Shown in pieces: positions 14,303 to 25,956 of a stretch of 64,000 nt of DNA (positions are counted from its first letter, which is position 1; the number at the start of each line of letters is the position of its first letter). The notes beneath the pieces were generated by a model, which saw only the letters and a list, made by a program, of their open reading frames with translations, was not told the origin of the DNA and did not search any database. Position numbers and translations under genes: made by a program. Source of the stretch: Octopus vulgaris (Eukaryota); NCBI GenBank assembly GCA_951406725.2, contig OX597821.1, positions 52,018,001 to 52,082,000 on the forward strand. The letters run 5' to 3'.

Positions 14303-15639
14303 ATGTGAAATATCTACCAAATATCAACAGAATTGGTATTTTCTGCAAATCAATTTGCTTCAGTGAACTTGACAATTTCATGAGATAAATAGTTTTAATA
14401 ATGACATTTCTCAACTAAAGATAATTTGGTATATATGAAAAAAAAAACAAAAAAAAAACTGGATATATTTCAGATTTCTGAAGTAAACTGTTGCAGAAAA
14501 CAAACTCTTATTAGTTGATCCCATGATATATCTTTTGTTCTTCTTAGAACTTGGAAGACCATGAGTAGTATGAAATGTTGCAAAACCATTTTAGCTATGT
14601 TATAATAACTCTGCTAGGTCACTATCTTATATGTCTGATTTACTGATGTAGAATATATGTTAGTTTATATGAAACACTTGACATGCCTCAGCTAGTTCTT
14701 CTTCTCCAGAATGTTGGTTTTCCAGAATTCTCTCCTTAGCCAAGTTATTCCTACTGTCATCAGCTTACAACTACTAAGAAAGACATTAACAACATTGTTC
14801 CCACTTGTCTCCACGAACCTGAGATGCTATGGGCACAACTCATTCCACAAAAGTGCAAATCATAACTTCTGATATAGGTACATGACTGAAGATATCTAGG
14901 CTCAGATATCTGCACATGTATGTGTGTGCATGCACATTTGCTGGGTAACACAGTCTATAGTCTTCATATGTGATGGTAAGACAACTCTTCCCACTTACTC
15001 TATTCATACTTCAACAATAACTAAACTGAATTCTGTAGAAAGATGACATCAATGAATGTGACACTCTGTCGATTACAACAATGAGGGTTCCAACTGATCC
15101 AATTAATGGAACAGCCTGCTCATGAAATTAACATGCAAGTGGCTGAGAATTCCATAGACATGTGTACCCTTAACATGATTCTAAGGGAGATTCAGCAAGA
15201 CACAGAGTGTGACAAGGCTGGTCCTTTGAAATACAGATACAACTCACTTTTGTCTGCTCAGTGGACTGGAGCAATGTAAAATAAATTATCTTGCTCAAGG
15301 ACACAACACATCACTGGGAATTGAACTGATGACCTTACGACTGTGAGCTGAACACCCTAACCACTAAGCCATGTGCTTTCACTTACAAATGATATAACAC
15401 CTCCCAAATGTTACACACATATACATACATGTATATTATATCTGTATGAGTAATTCAAACCGTGATATGAATTGTGTTGTCAATAACAGATTAATTCAGT
15501 TTTTTCTGTAATTACAGAAAAAACGGAATCCAACAAATCACTAGACTTTGATGAAATCTTAGAAAAATACTTTTTCAAACAATTTAAATAAAATAATTCA
15601 GTGGCTTTGTTTAATTCTATTGACATTATTTTTTTAAAC

Positions 15640-15872
15640 CTCATCATCGTTGTCCTCATCATCATCACCATCATCATCATTACCTTCATTGTCATCATCA
15701 TCATCATCATTGCTATCATCATTATTATCATCATTGCCATCATCATTATTATCATCATTGCCATCATCATTACCATCGCCATCATCATCATCATCATCAT
15801 CATTGCCATCGTCATCATCATCATCATCGTTGTCATCATCATCATCACCACCACTGCCACCACCATTACCAT
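15640..15872. repeat. Imperfect (CAT)n trinucleotide repeat
   Basis: Visible directly; explains the poly-M, poly-I and poly-S ORFs. Confidence 0.95.
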
Positions 15873-16175
15873 TCTTGGTTTGAGAAATATACCAAGAGTT
15901 TTTTTATTCATTTTAACAAAGGAAATATATTTTGCATTTCTATATCTCAGTGATCACATATGTCTATCTGGCTCCTGCCCATCTCTCTGTGAATCTTCAA
16001 GAAACATCTGGCTACCTGTCTCTTTGTCTCTACAGAATATAGATTATTTACAATCTATATTTATAGTCATTCTGTAACACAGTCTACTCAGATGGTCACA
16101 TACTGCCCTGAAACGAAATCTGTCAGAAGACAGCCAATCTATCCTCATGTACTGCTAGTTGAAAAACTTACTCAC

Positions 16176-16325
16176 TTTGGTAACATACTGTAAAGAAGGT
16201 CTTCTGCTCGTTTCTTCTGTTCCAGAAAGTCCCCAGTTCGCTCTTCCACTAATGCCTCTAAATTGTTGGCATATTGTTCCATACGGGACAAAAGGTTATC
16301 CAAAAGGTTTCCTTTGTCCCCGTCT
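16176..16325 (-). CDS. Receptor guanylyl cyclase exon, coiled-coil hinge / signalling helix
   Basis: atcag| acceptor and |gtgagt donor; 150 nt, phase 2-2; [49 protein letters not shown](K), matching the conserved NPR hinge motif [16 protein letters not shown]. Confidence 0.96.
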
Positions 16326-16721
16326 CTGATGATAAAAGAAAATTAATAATTTTAGTAAAGGAAAATATAAATATTTAACAATTAACTGATATATAATTAT
16401 TCTTAATATATTTCAGCAGATTATAATGCAAATATGCTAATCACTGTTGTTTATGTCACAGGAGATCATCTTCCTCTTTTGACAATGATAATGTTTTCAA
16501 GACTACTCAGCTTATTGATGAGTATTTTATGACACTGGTGTTTGACAAGTGGCTCATTTGCCAGAAGTATCCAACCCTTTGAATCTAAATGAACTGATGA
16601 TTGTTTATAACTTCAGTGACCAGACTGTTTGCTGATTAGTGTTGATGTCTGCCAACTGATAATAATAGTTTAAAATAATAATGATAATAATAATAATAAT
16701 AATGATAATAATAATAATAAT

Positions 16722-17280
16722 AAATGCCCTGATGCAGTACCAGACAATGGCTTGCATGGCTTCTGATCTTAACTGATTGGAAGTGTTATCATGTACATTG
16801 TTTTGTCTTGGTATAAAAGATGGGCTACAGCAAATATTCTGCTCAATACCACAGATTTGCTTGTCAGTTGTTTCACCTTAACCAGTTGAGCATGTCCCTT
16901 GGTGGCTGACGATATGTGCATATCTGATCATGAGCAGAGGTAATGGGGAGCATCATAGCCGTGTGTTGAAAGGAATTCTAAGAGGTTTTGATAATTCAAC
17001 TTTGGAAACATGGGTGGTTCGTCCAACATCCTTAAACAATCCTTATTCAGGGACCTTTTGAGTGGGATGGGCTACTTGACCAGAAGAAAATTCTAACTGG
17101 GCCCCACCTGCAAGGTCATGAGCTGTTTATCTTGATATGAGATCCCCATGTTGCGCACATATGGTTGTGATGCATGTGCCTAGTGTATCCTTATCAGATG
17201 GATAGTCATGATGGGTATACTGGGCTTCGTATATTTTACCCCAGTGTCACTATGATGGCATGCACTGCTCTCTCACTCAA
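16722..17280. repeat. Unclassified ~560-bp interspersed repeat bounded by (TAA)n
   Basis: aaatgccctgatgcagtacc...gcactgctctctcactca; two further tandem copies at 27216-27764 and 27778-28345. Confidence 0.85.
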
Positions 17281-17828
17281 TAATAATAATAATAATAATA
17301 ATAATAACCCTTTCTGCTATAGGCACAAGGCCTGAAATTTGGAAGAGGTTGGGTTAAGTTAATTACATTAACCCCAATACTCAACTGGTACATTGACCCC
17401 CAAAAGGTTGAAAGGCAAAGTTGACCTCAGCTGAATTTGAACTCAGAACGTAAAGATGGATAAAATGCTGCTAAACATTTTGCCTGGTGCCTTAATGATT
17501 CTGCCAGCTAATAATAGTAATAATAATATTTAATACAAACACATAATTTTCTTATGGTTTCTTAAACATTCTCTAGAACAACACTATGTAAAAAACCAAA
17601 TATATGGCACCGTAGGCATAACACCAACATGAACTTCTAACTTGTTGTCTCTGGGTGAGACTTGGAGCCAACTTGTACAAATGTAAAGCAAAAGTCAAAC
17701 ATATAATAATAATAATAATAATAATTTCAGATCTCACTGTTCCCTGTGCAAATAACAGTTTATTATGATACTTATTCATTTAATGCAAACCCATGGAATA
17801 CAACTTAGAACTTTTATCGTTTTATTGA

Positions 17829-17868
<40 letters not shown>

Positions 17869-17879
17869 TAATAATAATA

Positions 17880-18965
17880 ATGAAATTATTGTATACAGTG
17901 CTCAGGTGCACCACAACTTGTCAAAGTGCGTATAAAGCATATGCAGTAATGTACAAATGTCTGGGAAGTGAACAGTATATGAGTCAGATACATGCTTGCG
18001 TGTGTATGGAGGGGAGAAAATCAGGTGTAGTGTTGGCAAATCTCAGGAAGCATGGAAGTTTTGAAGGATGCAGTGCTCTGACAACTAACAACTGATGCCG
18101 GCAGTTTGTTCTATGCTTCAGCAACTCTCAGCGTGAAAAAAGTCATGGAAGCTGTGCTGTTTTCTGACTTTCTAGACATGTCTATGGGTGTTAGACAGGT
18201 GGAGTTTGAAAAGGTGCTCAGAGTTATTGTTAGCAAGATGGTCAATAATTTTAATGGGTGGCTGCCAAGCCAGCTGCCAGACGTCGGAGTTTCAATGTAT
18301 CCATGCCCAGGGAAGTAAGGCATTCAGAATATGGCAAATGCCTGACTGAAGGTATTCTCTTGGTTGCACGCCGCTGAACGGCTTCCAGACGATTAATATC
18401 CTGGGCAAGATAGGGGTTCCAGACCGGTGATGCAAATTGCAGGTGAGGTTGCACCATAGCTATATAAAGCCGCAGATAGATAGCCGGAGAGCGGCTCACA
18501 AAGGACTTGGTGAGTGATGCCAAGACACCCTCAGCCTTCTTAGCAATGTGTTTTGACCAATGCAAATCGCTGTCAAAAATGATGCCCAGGTCACGTTCAC
18601 AAGAAGACTTTTTGAGATTAGTGTTGTGGAGGGAGTAAGTAGACACTGGGTTTTTCCTCCCAAAATGCATGGTGGTACATTTGTCCACAGCCAGCTTGAG
18701 TTGCCAGTCCATGATCCACCGCTGCATTGTGTTCAGGTCTGATTGCAATAAAGAGCTATAGTGTACAGGATCTGTCTTCTTTATTTCGAGGTACAGCTTG
18801 ATGTCATCTGCATATTTCAGCACTGTGGCATTCTTTAAGTTGGCATCTATGTCATTAACATATGCAACAAATAAAAGGGGGCCAAGAACAGATCCCTGTG
18901 GTACACTAGATGCCATCTCATTGGGTGAAGAGTTGTTGTCCTAGAACTGTGACAACCTCTTTGTT
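17880..18965 (-). mobile_element. 5'-truncated CR1/L2-group LINE (reverse transcriptase) with (ATT)n tail
   Basis: ORF 18251-18916 has VPQGSVLGPLLF, YADDIKLY, ERDLG, WNPY and LEAVQRRATK motifs; the 3' end runs into (ATT)n at 17831-17880. Confidence 0.9.
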
Positions 18966-18969
18966 ACTT

Positions 18970-19260
18970 CAATAATAATGTGTATGAAGTTGAACGTGAG
19001 TCTTGAGTACTGAATTTGCAAACTCCTTATCTATGGTCCATAGATGTCCTCTTTCTCTTGTATTTTGCTAACCATGTTCATGTTTTGGGAGGGCAGCTGA
19101 TTTCCACAATGGAATATACCTTTTCTTTGTGGTCCTACACAACAATATCTGGCCAGTTGTGTTTCAACTTGGTGGCTGTTTTAATTTTCTAGTTCTACCA
19201 ATATTCTTTTGACCCACAGGTTTTAATATGGTCAGCTTGATCTGTTTGGATTCCCCTTTG
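18970..19260 (-). mobile_element. RLE endonuclease-domain fragment
   Basis: Minus-strand KTATKLKHNWPDIVV*DHKEKVYSIVEISCP, related to 60190-60300. Confidence 0.65.
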
Positions 19261-19734
19261 TATGTGTGTATGTGTGTGTGTGTATGTACATGTGTATGTA
19301 TGTATGTATGTATGTATGTATGTATGTATGTATGTATGTATGTATGTGTCTATGTACTCCAAGGTAGCTATCTGTTATATTGCAATACTACACAGTGGTT
19401 GTGTGAGCTACGAAATCCTCGTCGCCACTGTTATGTTGCACGTTCGGATGACCTCTAATCAACTCAACTCCTCGATGTCTAGACCTCTCCCTCTATATCT
19501 ACATATTGGGCTAGCCTACATCATCGTCTGAGGGTGTCCCCACAACACTATCAAAATATTCTTTTCAAACAGCAATGGTATTGTAGTATTGTGATCGTTT
19601 AACCTGCAACTTAACACTTATTGACTAAAATTGAACTTCTTAAGAGCCCATGATCTGTAGTCTAGCACCTTAAATCATAGCTATGAGTAAGAAGTCTTGT
19701 GCATAAGATATAAATTAAACTACATAAATCTTAC

Positions 19735-19906
19735 TTGTTCATTTTCTTGATATGTTGTTTGATGCTCTGCATATCTGGTCTATCATTTGGATCTTCAGAC
19801 CAGCATTTCTTTATCAAGTTAACGAGATCCTCAGATGGACATTCGGAATAGTCCAATGTTGGTCGGAATGCTGGTTTCAATCCATCTTTTACTTTTTGGT
19901 AAATTT
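19735..19906 (-). CDS. Receptor guanylyl cyclase exon, end of kinase-homology domain (subdomains X-XI)
   Basis: Branch-point-like TGACTAAC at 19928-19935, cttcctttcag| acceptor, |gtaag donor; 172 nt; (E)IYQKVKDGLKPAFRPTLDYSECPSEDLVNLIKKCWSEDPNDRPDMQSIKQHIKKMN(K). Not in the supplied ORF track. Confidence 0.93.
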
Positions 19907-21104
19907 CTGAAAGGAAGAAGTTTCACAGTTAGTCAGTCAACTGTAATGTTACTACAGCCATATGCCATCATCAATATCTATAAAGATGAAATGCGAAAAA
20001 GTTGTTTGATTTCTTGGTTATTTGTCTCATTTTGGGATGGGGTCGAATTGGTGCCAAAATTTACACTGGGGGTAAAATGGGGTGGGCAATGGTGTGAGGA
20101 GGGTTGCAAGTTGCTTGGGGCTACCGTTTGGTTGCCATGGTGAGGAATATGGGAAAAATTGAGTTTTATGGGATAGAGAGATTGCACTGTTTGAATAACG
20201 GTGGCTTTTGTGTTGCTGCAGGGGCTAGAGGCGGTTATCTTTAATTGTGGGTGTAAAAATTTGTTGGATTTTGGAAAGTGGGGTAAAGAAGAGGGCAATA
20301 AAAAGAACCAGGGAAAGAAGATGAACAAAAGAAGAAAGCACGGGTCAAAATAGCTAGTCAGAATATACATAATAATCAGTCAACTGTAACTATGGGCATA
20401 AATATGTTGTCACTAGAAAATACTCCAGTTAGTCAGTGAACTGTAACATTAGAACAGTGATTCTTAACTGGGGTCCATAATGCCCCTGAGGGTCTGTATA
20501 AGGTTTTTAGGGGTCCACATAAGAAAATAGTAAATTGGGAGTCTACAAAAAATTTTGCATTAGATGTATGTAATTGGTATGTATTGGTGGTGGTGGTGGG
20601 GTAAGTCAATGGCATTGATTCCAAAAGGATAAAAGGCAAAGTTGACCGTGGCAGAATTTGAACTCTGAACATAAAGACAGATGAAATACCACTAAGCATT
20701 TTGCCTTGCATACCAATGATTCTATCAGATTGCTGCGATAATAATTAAAATGTTATTAGTTTCAAATTTTGGCACAAAGCCAGCAATTTGGGGGTAGGGT
20801 GTAAGTCAATTACATCAACCCTGGTCCTTAACCTGTACTCATTTTATTGACCCTGAAAGGATGAAAGGTTAAGTTGACCTTGGTGGAATTTGAACTTAGA
20901 ACATAAAGATGGACAAAATGCTCTTCAGCATTTTGCCCAGCATGCTAACAATTCTGCCAGCTTTCTAAATATTGGTTTCAAATTTTGGCACAAGGCCAGC
21001 AAGTTTAGTGGAGTGACTAAGTTGATTATATCGACCCCAGTGCTGAACATAATTTATTGACTGTGAAAGAATGAAAGGCAAAGTTGAAAGGATGAAAGGC
21101 AAAG

Positions 21105-21297
21105 AGAAATTGACCGGCAAATTCGTACATTATAAGTGCAATCTGTGAGTGGGACAGTAAAAATATGCAAGATTTTTCTCAAGTTCCAAATGTGAATTTG
21201 TCTATTAACTACATCCCAAAGATGGAGCCTTGTATCTTTGTTGGAAAGTGGCTCCCTCGTCAGTGGAAGATTTATAATAATTAAAAAATAGAAGAGA
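21105..21297 (+). mobile_element. RLE-type non-LTR retrotransposon 3' end with (CATA)n tail
   Basis: Homologous to the reverse complement of 32235-32430 (gtgagtgg.acagtaaaaatatgcaaga.tttt); followed by (CATA)n. Confidence 0.75.
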
Positions 21298-22343
21298 CAT
21301 ACATACATACATACATACATACATACATACATACATAAATGCATGCATGCATACATACATATACACTGCAGGTGCATGGACTGAGTGATGTGTTGTATTC
21401 TTGAGCAAAACACTGCATTTCATGTCACTCTAGTCTACTCAGTTAGCAAATGGGATTAATCCTATGATGGACTGGTGTCCCATCCAGAGGTAAAGGAAAT
21501 ATATAGACCACAGAACCTGGGATACTGGCCTCATAAATTAATGGCTTAAGAAGGACCTTTGGTCTATCTCTTCTTTTTTTAAATATATACATGACGGTTT
21601 CCGTTCACCAAATTCATTCAGAAGACATTGGTCAGCCCTAGGCTATAGCAGAAAACATTTGCCCAATATGCAGTGCAGTAAGACTGAACCTGAAACTTCG
21701 GGATTGCAAAGCAAGCTTCTCAACGACACCACTATGTTAATATCTTTCTATTCCTGTTTCTGTCTCGCCACTTATTTATTCCTTGTCACTGTTTAAATGT
21801 TTCCTGTATTAAATGTGTTGATACAAACTTAAATAATTGTCTAACTTACAACCTAATTATTTCTCTCCATTTAATATGTCCACAATTAAAAATGCTGATT
21901 CAATTTCTCTCTTTAGATAGCTTTCCATTGACATTCCCATTAGCTCACATTATTTATACATTGGTGTTTGTAATCTGTCAGGTATTTGGTAGATATTCAA
22001 AATGTCCAACCCATGCTAGCACGGAAAACGGACGTTAAACGATGAACGATATCCACAATAAACATTTAGAACTGATATCTAAAAAACAAAAAAAAAAAAA
22101 CGTCGAACCAAGTGCAATCTAAAATTTCGATAACAATGTAAGGGAAATAACTCTTGCTTATACTTGGATGTTACTTCCAAGAAGTTAATCATTTGGCAAT
22201 GATTTGTGTTTCTATTGTTAAATCTCTTTGTGTGTGTGTGTTCGCATCTGTATGTATATCTATGTGTGCGCGTGTGTTCATGCATAGACCTGTACACACA
22301 CACACATGTGAAGGGGATAATTCTGATGAAATACTTTCCAACT

Positions 22344-22760
22344 GGGATCTTTTCGGTTTGAACGGCAGTTTTTAACATAATTTCTAGGTAACTAAAAAAT
22401 TTTAAACTTCGTATACTGGTAGAATGTGTTTATAAAACATCTTTTTCTCTTGGCTTTCTTGAGAAAATTCTATAGTTTGTAAGATATTTGTTGTTTTTTT
22501 CCTTCAATTTCTGCAATTTCAACCAATCAGTGACGTCTATTGAGGTAAAAAAAAACATTCTGTGCCGTATGAATATGTCCCTCGTTTAAGAAACAGATTG
22601 GGTTTATTTACATTTCTGAAGAAAAAAAAGATACCCTTCCCCCCACCCCTAACCATAAAATAGATTGAAATGTAATAGATCGATACTAGGGTCATAATTA
22701 TGGGTGACAATTTCATATGAAACCGCTAGAAAAAACTGCTGTTCAAACCGAAGAATTCCT
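22344..22760. mobile_element. 417-bp non-autonomous TIR element with 6-bp TSD
   Basis: TIRs gggatcttttcggtttgaacggcagttttt / aaaaactgctgttcaaaccgaagaattcct, flanked by direct CCAACT at 22338-22343 and 22761-22766. Confidence 0.85.
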
Positions 22761-24664
22761 CCAACTGTAACTAGTTTATCATAATTTTTAAGACTCTGCA
22801 GTAAGATGGTAGTGCAGAAGTGTAGTACTGTGGTAGCGGTGCTGTTGTGTGGTAGTGACCCACTGGTGCGGTAGAATCATCGTCACTAAGTTATGTAGTG
22901 TGGGAGAGTCATAGTAAAACATTACCAAGGATACACTACGATGTGGTATCTATCCATACCATACACCATATTGGGAGTTAATACTGATATCAAATTTTGG
23001 CAAAGTCCACCTCGGTGGGATCTGAACTCAGAGCACAAAGACGGATGAAATGCTGCTTAACATTTTGCCCGGCCTGCTAACGATTTTGCCAGCTCACCGC
23101 CTTCTAAATAACAAGCGATGTTAATTCCAGTAAGACGGTGAGATGGCAGAATCGTTACCACGCCGGGCATAAATGCTCACCGGCATCTCGTCCGTCTTTA
23201 TGTTCTGAGTTCAAATTCCACCGAGGTTGACTTTGACTTTGCATTCCATCCTTTCAGAGTCGAACATTGGGGTCGATGTACTAACTTACCAGCTCCCCTA
23301 AAATTGCTGGCCTTGTGTCAAAATCAGAAACCAATATTAATGTTATTCAAATCTGCAATATCTAACGTGCAAATCTACATTATCTATGATATGGCAACGC
23401 TAATGCCCCATCTTTAAAATCCCGATGTCATTTCCGTAGCTGTCATTGCTTCGCTAATGATCAGAGAGTCACGATTGACACCACCCGAGACACTTTCACT
23501 TTGTACTCTCGTACGCGGAAAAGCCGCTGAAGTGGCGGTATTTCGTTTCTGCAGAAAAGTGTAATAAAGCAGCCACAGTAACAACAACAATTATACTTGA
23601 GTGCTAAGATTCATCATCCACATTGCAGGAGACACTCGCACCTTTGCAGTAAAACTTTAGGGCAGAGTTGGGTGTACGTATTTCCCAGTATTACAATTTT
23701 TCCCTCTAAAGAAGATAGTTTCATTGATCAGATCGACTCAAGACGAATTGTACGTCCTCCCAGCTGTAGGAAATACAGTGGTTAACAAACCTCATTTCCT
23801 GATTGCTCTGATAGAATAGCAAGTTCAGTTGTCGACGATCTGATCATATGATACACACATGAACATTCATACATGAACATGCATACGCACGCTTGCACAG
23901 ACGCATGCACAGACGCACACAAACATACTTGCATACATGGGAAGCCCCTCTGTTGTCACAACATCTTATTTCTTTACTGACCACAAGGGGCTACACACAG
24001 AAGGGACAAACAAGGACACACAAACGGATTAAGTCGATTATATCGACCCCAGTGCGTAACTGGTACTTATTTAATCGACCCCGAAAGGATGAAAGGCAAA
24101 GTCGACCTCGGCGGAATTTGAACTCAGAGCATAAAGACAGACGAAATACATATTTTTTTTACTACCCACAAAAGGCTAAACACAGAGAGGACAAACAAGG
24201 ACAGACAAACGAATTAAGTCGATTATATTGACCCCAGTGCGTAACTGGTAACAGACGAAATACCGCTAAGCATTTCGCCCGGCGTGCTAACGTTTCTGCC
24301 AGTTCGCCGCCTTCTGTTGTCACAACATCTCTCTAGAAGAGGGAAATTGAGTGGCACCCTGCGGTAAAAAGTAAGACCCATCACAAAAATGGCTGGTTGT
24401 AGTCCTCTCATTTGTGGGACTTTCGATCAGGCGATGGCAATATTCGAACACGAGTTTGCAGTTATCATGTATGTATGTATGTATGTATGTATGTATGTAT
24501 GTATGTATGTATGTATGTGGTGTATGTATGTGGTATATGTATGTGGTGTGTGTGTGTGTATGTATGTATGTATGTATGTATGTATGTATGTACACACGCT
24601 GTCCTTCTCCATACGCTCTATGGTGCAACACTTTCACAGTTTACAAATATACGTAAGATAACAC

Positions 24665-24946
24665 AAATACAGTGTAATACCAGACTTCCTGTAGGCAAAA
24701 TCGTGTCCTTTCCATTAATATATTCTTAACTTTTAAGATACTATTCAATTTCTATTTTTATTCGCGTATATATTATGTTCCTTACCTCTTCCCCGTCCCA
24801 CAACACCATTACAATGCAGTACCAGTCTTTCTGTAGGCAAAATCGTGTCCTTTCTATTAATATATTCTTAACTTTTTAGGCACTATTCAATTTCTATTTT
24901 TATTCGCGTATATATTATGTTCCTTACCACTTCTCCGTCCCACAAC
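24665..24946. repeat. Intronic tandem duplication, period ~143 bp
   Basis: ctgtaggcaaaatcgtgtccttt...ttccttacc.ct...ccgtcccacaac occurs at 24689-24804 and 24831-24945. Confidence 0.9.
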
Positions 24947-25010
24947 TCTTACAGTTTATAGACAACAAAGAAATATTTCAAAAGACATATACAAATATCT
25001 TCGTGTTCAC

Positions 25011-25166
25011 CTTGAGCGCTTAAATCCACGCCATTGAGATAGAAGACTCCGTTCCGATAGATTATCTCTTGACACATAATAGAGAAGCTGTAAACGTCAC
25101 TTTTCTGTGATCCTCCTTCCGGCGGATTATGGAGACGAAGCAATTCGGGCGAAGTCCAGAGCTTAC
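25011..25166 (-). CDS. Receptor guanylyl cyclase exon, kinase-homology domain (subdomains VIII-IX)
   Basis: ttttag| acceptor and G|gtgaac donor; 156 nt, phase 1-1; (R)[51 protein letters not shown]. Confidence 0.93.
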
Positions 25167-25390
25167 CTAAAATTAAAAATAGAACATGTTATATATAAAC
25201 AAAGAAACAACAACAACAACAACAACAGAGAGAGAGAGAGAGAGAGAGAGAGTGACAGAGTAGAAATTATGTGTTTGAACTGCTACTGTTACGCTTAGAG
25301 ATCTACATAGATTTTTCATAACCCAGTCTGTTTTCTGTCTAGTTGTTTAGTAAATACTATACTGAGCAGATTTACTAGTTATGAGAAATA

Positions 25391-25956
25391 TTGGGTTGTC
25401 CGGAAAGTTCGTGCCGATTTATAGTAGCTTACCTGTCATCTTATTTTAGAACATGGTTGAGTCCATAAAATAGGATTTGACTACACCTCCATTTAGAGCA
25501 CAGTTTAAGCTATCTTTTCGTGGAAGAAGGTTTATGATCCTATAACCTGCGTTAATTCTGTAACCCTTTAAAATGGAAGATAAGAAAGTTCATTTTCGGC
25601 ATTTGATGCTTTGAGAACCAGACAAAAATTTCTGCAGTTCGGCTGGGATGTGTTACCCCACCCTCCATATTCACCAGATATTGCTCCTTCGGATTTCCAC
25701 TTATTCAGGTCTCTGCAGAATAGTCTTAATGGTAAAAATTTCAATTCCTTGGATGACGTAAAAAGATACCTTGAGGAATTCTTTGCCATGAAACCACCTC
25801 AATTCTTGGAAGAGGGTATTTTCAAGTTAAGGGAAAGATAGAGACGCATTGTGCAACAAAATGGTTCATATTTGGTTGATTAAAAATGTAACGGCAAGTA
25901 TTTATTGACCTTTTTCTTTCCTTTAAAAATCGGCACGAACTTTCCGGACAACCCAA
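25391..25956 (+). mobile_element. Internally deleted mariner (mellifera-like), non-autonomous
   Basis: Perfect TIRs ttgggttgtccggaaagttcgtgccgattt; TA TSD; N-terminal MEDKKVHFRHLML joined to C-terminal GWDVLPHPPYSPDIAPSDFHLFRSLQNSL. Confidence 0.92.

Noticed and set aside
15480-16077. Poly-Ile/Met hydrophobic ORFs
   Set aside because: Translation of a (CAT)n repeat within a cyclase intron.
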